A stretch of DNA of 64,000 nucleotides from positions 1 through 64,000 of the forward strand of contig JAXLQJ010000030.1 in NCBI GenBank assembly GCA_046331705.1, given 5' to 3'. This DNA is from a bacterium. GTDB lineage: Bacteria > JADJOY01. Shown here in pieces: positions 57,025 through 64,000 of this stretch. Under the pieces are notes generated by a model. The model made no database searches, had not been told where the DNA came from, and saw nothing but the letters and a program-made list of their open reading frames with translations. Every line of letters starts with the position of its first letter. Positions within the stretch are counted from its first letter, which is position 1. Both the position numbers and the translations under genes were made by a program.

Positions 57025-57924
57025 TCACGACTCGAGCCGGACGCGCAGCCGGCGTGCGCGCTCGAGCTCGCGCTCGAGCTCGTCGACGCGGCCGGCGGCG
57101 ACGAGCGACTCGAGGTGCGCGAGGCGTTCGCGGTAGCCACGGATGGCGCTCGCGACCTCGACGCGATTCATCGACAGGATGTCGCGCCAGAGCGCGGGAT
57201 CGCTCGCAGCGACGCGCGTGAAATCCCGCAGCCCGCCGGCGCTGAAGCGCACCAGCTCCTCGCCACGCGACTCGCGCGCCTCGACCTCACCGGCGAGCGC
57301 ATAGGCAACCACGTGGGGCAGATGGCTGACGAGCGCGAGCACGTGATCGTGCCGCGCCGCATCCATCGTGACGACGCGCATGCCCACGGCCTCCCAGAGC
57401 CCGCGAACCGCGGCGAGCGCCGTGGCCTCGGTGCGCGACGTGGGCGTGAGGATGCAACAACGCCCCTCGAAGAGCTCCGGAAACGCCGCCGCCATGCCGG
57501 AGCGCTCGGTGCCGGCGATGGGATGACCCGCCACGAAGCGTCCGCGCTGGGCGAGCAGCGGCTCGAGCTCGGCGATCAACGGCGCCTTGACGCTGCCGAC
57601 GTCGGTGACGATCGCATTCGCCGCGAGCGCCGGTGCCAGCGTGGCGACCACCGACGCCATGCTCGCGACCGGAACCCCGAGCACCACGAGGTCGGCGTCG
57701 CGCACGGCCTGGGCGACGTCCGCCGTCGCGACGTCGATCGCACCGCGCGCCAACCCCTCCTCGAGGTTGGGACGCCCGCGCCCCACGCCCGTCACGCGCC
57801 CGAACACGCCCTTGCGCCGAGCCGCCAGCGCCAGCGAGCCGCCGATCAGGCCGAGCCCGACGATCGCCACCCGCTCGAAGCGCGGCGCCGCGACGCCCAC
57901 GCTCCCAGCCGCCCCCGAGGTCAT
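57025..57924 (-). CDS. tyrA: Prephenate/arogenate dehydrogenase
   Basis: IVGLGLIGGS, TDVGSVK, HPIAGTE, HD..LALVSHLPH, DFTRVAAS. Confidence 0.92.
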   Translation of the reverse strand: MTSGAAGSVGVAAPRFERVAIVGLGLIGGSLALAARRKGVFGRVTGVGRGRPNLEEGLARGAIDVATADVAQAVRDADLVVLGVPVASMASVVATLAPALAANAIVTDVGSVKAPLIAELEPLLAQRGRFVAGHPIAGTERSGMAAAFPELFEGRCCILTPTSRTEATALAAVRGLWEAVGMRVVTMDAARHDHVLALVSHLPHVVAYALAGEVEARESRGEELVRFSAGGLRDFTRVAASDPALWRDILSMNRVEVASAIRGYRERLAHLESLVAAGRVDELERELERARRLRVRLES

Positions 57925-59108
57925 CCGACGACGGCGTTCGGGAAGACCCGCGGAATCGCCTGCAGGAAGCCGAACAAGTAGTTTCCGGCGCCGATCGAGC
58001 CGGTCCCTTCGGCGGAGGGCTCGACCGTGGTCCCCTCGTGCCATTCGTTCCACGACGTGATCCAGATGACGCCGCGCTGCTCGCCGGAGACCGGCCGCGA
58101 GAAGCTGCGCGCCATGTCGAGCATCGCGGAGAAGTCGTCGAACGAAGAGCTCGGCAGCGGCGGGTTGCAGCAGCGCACGGCGGTGTCGTTGTACTGCGGG
58201 ATCACGTTGGGCATGAAGTCCGTGAACTCGGCGCGCCCCTTGACCGGAATGGTCGAGGTGCCGTGATCCCAGCCGCGATAGGTCGCGCGCGCCACCTCGA
58301 CCCAACCGCGCAGGTCCTGGATGTTCTGGGTCTCGATCGTCTGCGTGTTGTAGAGGTTGTACGCGGTCACGGCGTCGAAGAGCCGAATGCGCTCGGGATG
58401 GAAGTTCCCGTCGTAGACCTCGTCGCCGACGATGTAGACGTCGATGCCCTTCTCCTTGAGCGCGGTGCGCACCAGGTCGAGCTCGCCCTCGAGATCTCCG
58501 CCGATCACGCGCGACAGGTAGATCATCACCACGGGCCGCCCGCCGAGGCGGAAATACCGTGGGTGGTTCATGTAGGTGTCCGCGATGTACTGCATGTCGC
58601 GCTGGAACGCGAGCCGCGGCACCGGCTTCGAGAGATCGAGCGAGAGATTCGCCAGCGAGAATCGAATCGCGATGTCGTAGTGGATGCAGAACTGGATCTG
58701 GTCGAGGTTCGGGGCCGAGAGCAGCCCGGCGCGCATCGCCCGATCCGAGTCGCCGCCGAACCAGTTCACCGCGAACACGCCCACGCCTGCGTTGCGGGCA
58801 TCGGTGATGTGGTTGCCGGCGACCAGCGGATCATCGCTTCGGTACTCGCCGTAGCGCGACTGGCCGGTGATTCCCTTCTTCCACTCCTCCGGCGTCCACC
58901 AGGTGTAGTAGTACGCGCCGAGCGTGAACGCCTCGGCGGGCGCGGGAAGCTCGTCGACCGGCGGCGGGTTCTCGCTGCCGCCCCCGGGCGTCGGCGTGGG
59001 GACGCCGTCGAAGACGCCCGTCCCGCTCGATCCGCACCCTGCTCCCACGCCAACCACCAGGCATGCCGCAGCACACCAAGCCACGACGCACCGGCGTACG
59101 ATCTCCAT
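57921..59108 (-). CDS. GH99/GH71-like glycoside hydrolase lipoprotein
   Basis: Lipobox GAGC; GAYYYTWW, GEYRSDD, ITSWNEWHEGTTVEP. Confidence 0.8.
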   Translation of the reverse strand: MEIVRRCVVAWCAAACLVVGVGAGCGSSGTGVFDGVPTPTPGGGSENPPPVDELPAPAEAFTLGAYYYTWWTPEEWKKGITGQSRYGEYRSDDPLVAGNHITDARNAGVGVFAVNWFGGDSDRAMRAGLLSAPNLDQIQFCIHYDIAIRFSLANLSLDLSKPVPRLAFQRDMQYIADTYMNHPRYFRLGGRPVVMIYLSRVIGGDLEGELDLVRTALKEKGIDVYIVGDEVYDGNFHPERIRLFDAVTAYNLYNTQTIETQNIQDLRGWVEVARATYRGWDHGTSTIPVKGRAEFTDFMPNVIPQYNDTAVRCCNPPLPSSSFDDFSAMLDMARSFSRPVSGEQRGVIWITSWNEWHEGTTVEPSAEGTGSIGAGNYLFGFLQAIPRVFPNAVVG

Positions 59109-59194
59109 CCCGTCTTTCTCCTCGAATCTCGGTGTCGGCGGCACGGGGCATACCCTCGCGGCTCGAGCCTGTCCCACGCGTCGGCCACCGCTTT

Positions 59195-60301
59195 TTACAG
59201 GCTCGACGCAGTGGCGTCCAGCACCCGCCCGAGCTCGCGCAAGAAGCGCACGTTCTGCGGTTCGGTCCCGATGGTCACGCGAATTGCCCGCGGCAACCCG
59301 TACACACCGACGGGGCGAACGAAGACCCCCACCCGCTCCAGCGCCGACGCGACCGCGGCGCCATCCCTGCCGAGGTCCACGAGCAGGAAGTTCCCCTGGC
59401 TCGGTGCCACGGAAAGGCCCAGCGCCGTCAGGCCGGCGCGGAGCTGCCGATCGCCGCGCTCGTTCATGTCGCGGGTGCGGGCCACGTGGTCGTCGTCCTC
59501 GAGCGCCGCGAGCGCCGCCACCTGCGCGAGCGCGTTGACGTTGAACGGCTGACGAACCCGGTCCAGCAAGCTGGCGATCTTAAGGTTGCGCGTGGCCGCG
59601 TAGCCGACCCGGAGACCGGCGAGCCCGTACATCTTGGAAAAGGTGCGCAACGTGATGCAGGCGTGGGCCGGACGAGCGAGGGTCAGGCTCGACACCAGCT
59701 CGGGGTCGCGCGCGAACTCGATGTAGGCCTCGTCGACGGCGAGCACGACGCCCTCCGGCAGTCGCGCCAGCAGGCGCTCGAGGTCGGCCCGGCCCACGTG
59801 GGCGCCGGTCGGGTTGTTCGGGTTCGCCAGGAACACGACGCGGACCCCGGGGACGATGGCGTCGGCGATGGCATCCACGTCGATCTCGCCACGACGACCC
59901 TCGACCTCCCGCGGCACGCCCCCCGCGGCCTGCGCGACCAGCCGGAACACGACGAAGCTTCGCGCCGGGAAGAGCACGATCTCGCCCGGTCGCAGGAACG
60001 TTCGGACGACGAGCTCGATGATCTCGTTCGACCCGTTGCCGAGCACCAGCCCCTCGGCGGCCACACCGAGCCGCGCGGCGAGCGCGCGCTTGAGATCGCG
60101 ACCGGAGCCATCGGGATAGCGGTGCAGCTCGCCGGCAGCGCGGCGCACGGCCTCGACCGCGCGCGCCGAGGGCCCGAGCTGGTTCTCGTTCGAGGCCAAC
60201 GGAGTGGCCTCGGTGAAGCCGTAGAGCGCTTGCGCGTCGCGCTCGCTCCGCCCCGGAACGTAGGGCGCGAGCGTCGCGATGTGACGTTCGGCGAGCGACA
60301 T
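59195..60301 (-). CDS. hisC: Histidinol-phosphate aminotransferase
   Basis: LASNEN, YPD, GNGSNE, NPNNPTG, DEAY, RTFSKMYGLAGLRVGY. Confidence 0.93.
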   Translation of the reverse strand: MSLAERHIATLAPYVPGRSERDAQALYGFTEATPLASNENQLGPSARAVEAVRRAAGELHRYPDGSGRDLKRALAARLGVAAEGLVLGNGSNEIIELVVRTFLRPGEIVLFPARSFVVFRLVAQAAGGVPREVEGRRGEIDVDAIADAIVPGVRVVFLANPNNPTGAHVGRADLERLLARLPEGVVLAVDEAYIEFARDPELVSSLTLARPAHACITLRTFSKMYGLAGLRVGYAATRNLKIASLLDRVRQPFNVNALAQVAALAALEDDDHVARTRDMNERGDRQLRAGLTALGLSVAPSQGNFLLVDLGRDGAAVASALERVGVFVRPVGVYGLPRAIRVTIGTEPQNVRFLRELGRVLDATASSL

Positions 60302-60345
60302 GGGTGTCCCGGCCGGCGCGGACGGATGGGCGCCGGGTTCGCGGC

Positions 60346-60678
60346 TCAGGACGCCGCGCCGTCGCTGCGCCGGGCGGCGCGGATCAATCGCTCTTCCAGG
60401 TCGAGCGAGGCGTCGATGATCGCGCGAAAGACCCCGCGGATCGACTCGGGCGGGAACGGGCTCTGGTTGCGCGCCGCCAGCCGCTCCAGGATCTGCTCCT
60501 CGCGGCCCGGGTCGCGCAGCGCGCGCTGGGCGAGCGCCTTGAGCCCGACGACCGTCACGATGTGGCGGGCCCGCTTGCTGAGGAGCTCGAGGATCTCTTG
60601 ATCGACGTCGTCGATGTCGCGACGCACGCGTTCCAGCTCGACGTCGATCACCGGGCGGCTTTCCGAGCGTTCGGTCAT
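60346..60678 (-). CDS. Monofunctional chorismate mutase (AroQ type)
   Basis: RRDIDDVDQEILELLSKRA..K..DPGRE..IFRAII. Confidence 0.85.
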   Translation of the reverse strand: MTERSESRPVIDVELERVRRDIDDVDQEILELLSKRARHIVTVVGLKALAQRALRDPGREEQILERLAARNQSPFPPESIRGVFRAIIDASLDLEERLIRAARRSDGAAS

Positions 60679-60763
60679 GGGGGCGCGGAGGCTACCCGCG
60701 CACCTGGGACGTGGCAATGGTGCGCGCACGCGGCACGGCGCGGGCGCACGCTCGCCGGGACGG

Positions 60764-62077
60764 TCAGGCGAGCCCGGCAGTCGCGCCCGGGCGAGCGTCT
60801 TCCAGCCGCTCGCCGGCGACCAGCAACATGCGCCCGAGCAGCACCGCGCGAGCCTTCACGGCGAAGCCGGCGGTCGCCACTCGCGCCTCGCCGTCGGCCA
60901 TCTGGAGGGTGCCGTAGACGAGCTTCCCCGCCGGCTTGAGGACGCGCGCGATCTCGGCCCACAGGCTCGCGCCGCGCTCGAGCTCGGGATCGGGCTGAAA
61001 CACCGCGACGGCGTCGAAGGTCGAATCCGCGAACGGCAGACGAAGCGGCTCGCCCTGCACCAGACGCCGGCCGAGCGGCTGCCGATAGCGCAGCTTCGGC
61101 AGCGACACGTCGAGACCGACCGCCTGGGGCAAGCCCTCGAGCAGACGCGTCGAGCCCGCGGTGAGATCGAGGATTCGGGCCGAGCCCTCGAGGTGCTGCA
61201 TCGCCCAGCGGTACTTCCCGCGGTGCCACGCGCGCCGTATCGGATTGGGGCTGAAGAAGCCGCGATCCTCGAAGTCGGCCGCTTCGCGACTGGCGCGCAA
61301 TCGAGCCATGCGACCCAGGGTGCGCCAATAGCTGAGCGCGAACTTGAGCAAGCGCGCGTTCGACTCGCCGTAGCGACGCGGCCGGTAGTGAAACGGCACC
61401 TCCGCGATCCGAAAGCCGCGATTGTGCAACCGCACGAGGATCTCGATCAGCACGTCGAAATCGCCCGACGTGATGCCGAGCTCGGCGAGCGCCTGGCGCC
61501 GATAGAGCCGGTAACCCGACGACAGATCGAGATACGGCAGATCGAGCGCGACACGGAAGACGCCGTTCAAGATCCGGCTCAGCATCGACCGCAGCCGCTC
61601 GGTCTCGGAGAATCCGTGCCGCACGTAGCGCGACGCGATCAGGACGTCGGCGTCGAGGCGGCGACGATAGAGGTCGCGAATCACGAATGGGCTGTGCGAG
61701 AGGTCGGCGTCCATGGTCACGACGAAGTCGCCGCGCACCTCGCGGAACGCTTCGGCGAGCGCCGCGCCGTAGCCGCTGCCGCGCTGCTGATAGACCCGAG
61801 CTCCCAGGCTCGCGGCGAGCTCCGCCGTGCCGTCGCGCGAGCCGGCGTCGACGACCAGCACCTCGTACGCGATGCGCGACTCGCGCGCCAGCGCCGCGAG
61901 TCCATCGAACAAGGCGCTCAAGTTGCCGGCCTCGTTGCGGGTCGGCAGCACGATCGTGAGATCGACCGCTCGCTCCTCGACAGCGGGGCTCAAGGGTGAG
62001 TGCCTCGCCGCCACCACGGGCGTGGGTCGGGCGCGAGCGACGAGCTCACGAGCTTGCCGTCGCGCACGCTCACGCAT
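60764..62077 (-). CDS. GT2 (polyprenol-phosphate mannosyltransferase-like) fused to a methyltransferase-like domain
   Basis: LPTRNE, VVDAGSRDGT, GYGAAL, TMDADLSH, ASRY, SSGYRLY; C-terminal ILDL..LPFADSTFD..RVLKPAG. Start uncertain. Confidence 0.8.
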   Translation of the reverse strand: MRERARRQARELVARARPTPVVAARHSPLSPAVEERAVDLTIVLPTRNEAGNLSALFDGLAALARESRIAYEVLVVDAGSRDGTAELAASLGARVYQQRGSGYGAALAEAFREVRGDFVVTMDADLSHSPFVIRDLYRRRLDADVLIASRYVRHGFSETERLRSMLSRILNGVFRVALDLPYLDLSSGYRLYRRQALAELGITSGDFDVLIEILVRLHNRGFRIAEVPFHYRPRRYGESNARLLKFALSYWRTLGRMARLRASREAADFEDRGFFSPNPIRRAWHRGKYRWAMQHLEGSARILDLTAGSTRLLEGLPQAVGLDVSLPKLRYRQPLGRRLVQGEPLRLPFADSTFDAVAVFQPDPELERGASLWAEIARVLKPAGKLVYGTLQMADGEARVATAGFAVKARAVLLGRMLLVAGERLEDARPGATAGLA

Positions 62078-62123
62078 GCTGCCGGCGCGCGCCGCTTGGG
62101 CGACGCCACCGCGCCACTCGAGC

Positions 62124-63080
62124 TCAGCGAGATTGAAAGACCCCGATCGAGCGGAATTTCTGGTAGCGCGCCTCGACCAGATCCGGGATCGCCAGGCCAC
62201 GGACCTGGTCGAGCGCCTGGGACAGGGTCTCGCCGACCAGACGCGCCGCCTCGTCGGGATCGCGGTGGGCGCCGCCCCGCGGCTCCTCGACGATGGCGTC
62301 GATCACGCCGAGCGACAGCAGATCCGGGGCCGTCATCTTGAGCGCCGCGGCAGCGGTCTCGGCGCGCTGGCCGTCGTTCCACAGGATGCCGGCGCAGCCC
62401 TCGGGGCTAATGACGCTGTAGACCGCGTGGCGGAGCATGAACACCCGGTCGCCGACCCCCAACGCCAGGGCGCCGCCGCTGCCACCCTCGCCGATCACCG
62501 TGACGAGGATCGGAACCCCGAGATCGATCATCGTCTGGATGCTCACGGCGATCGCCTCGGCTTGCCCGCGCTCCTCCGCGCCGATGCCGGGATAGGCGCC
62601 GGGCGTATCGACGAAGGTCATCACGGGAAGGTGGAATCGCTCGGCCAGCGCGAACAGACGCTGCGCCTTGCGGTACCCCTCGGGGTGCGGCATCCCGAAG
62701 TTCCGCCGCACCTTCTCCCCCGTGCGACGCCCCTTCTGGTGTCCCACGACCACCACTGGCGTGCCCTGGAAGCGCGCCAGCCCGCTCAGGATCGCGGGAT
62801 CGTCGCCGTAGCCGCGATCTCCGTGAAGCTCGATCCAGTCGTCGAAGAGGCGCTCGATGAAGTCGAGCGCCTGCGGGCGCGCCGGATGCCGGGCGAGCTG
62901 CGTCACCTGCCAGGGGGTGAGCCCCTGGAAGATCTCCGCGCGCCGCTTGTCGAGCTTGCGCTCGAGCCGCTCGAGCTCGTCTCCGAGGCTGGCATTGCCG
63001 CCCGCCGCGAAGCGCTTGAGCTCCGAGATGCGCTTTTCGAGATCGTCGAGCTCGCGCTCGAATTCCAACACGTGGTCCAC
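62124..63080 (-). CDS. accA: Acetyl-CoA carboxylase carboxyltransferase alpha
   Basis: ARHPARP, ELHGDR, NFGMPHPEGYRKA, DTPGAYPG, GEGGSGGAL. Confidence 0.96.
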   Translation of the reverse strand: MDHVLEFERELDDLEKRISELKRFAAGGNASLGDELERLERKLDKRRAEIFQGLTPWQVTQLARHPARPQALDFIERLFDDWIELHGDRGYGDDPAILSGLARFQGTPVVVVGHQKGRRTGEKVRRNFGMPHPEGYRKAQRLFALAERFHLPVMTFVDTPGAYPGIGAEERGQAEAIAVSIQTMIDLGVPILVTVIGEGGSGGALALGVGDRVFMLRHAVYSVISPEGCAGILWNDGQRAETAAAALKMTAPDLLSLGVIDAIVEEPRGGAHRDPDEAARLVGETLSQALDQVRGLAIPDLVEARYQKFRSIGVFQSR

Positions 63081-63176
63081 GCTCGCCTCGCGCGTCGGGG
63101 CCGGCCCACTCGCCGCGCAGATTCGAGAATATCACGACGCCGCCCGACGATCGGGACACCGCCGCGCCGCGCGCGC

Positions 63177-64000
<824 letters not shown>

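Overview
High-GC bacterial chromosomal window. The gene content (PilR-like regulator, many CoA-dependent catabolic enzymes, Ltp2/DUF35, amidohydrolase_2, LPS genes) is reminiscent of deltaproteobacteria-like lineages such as Binatia; this taxonomy is inference only. Main blocks: CreD-like gene; a minus-strand acyl-CoA ligase/CMD cluster; a hydantoinase/oxoprolinase A+B pair whose B subunit carries a C-terminal SCP2 domain; a lower-GC island at about 11.6-20.0 kb; an aryl-sulfate sulfotransferase lipoprotein; an ALDH-SDR-2xECH-Ltp2-DUF35 operon; an M50 protease; potABCD; a TlpA-DUF4266-DUF3570-ApbE flavinylation module; a second large CoA-catabolic operon; LPS genes; and accA, chorismate mutase, hisC, GH99-like and tyrA. 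The most notable unannotated structure is the island. It reads as a minus-strand integron cassette array with 4 clear and 2 degenerate attC sites of one sequence family, an attI-like first site, and no visible integrase (CALIN-like). It has been invaded by IS110/IS1111-like, IS3, IS21 and IS66 elements, two of them inside attC sites. The IS110 element has a structured 3' non-coding region carrying a match to its own insertion junction (candidate bridge/seek RNA). The region from about 10.95 to 20 kb is full of 1-3 nt deletions that may be sequencing or consensus error. A shared palindrome TTTGAC-N5-GTCAAA precedes the two distant catabolic operons.
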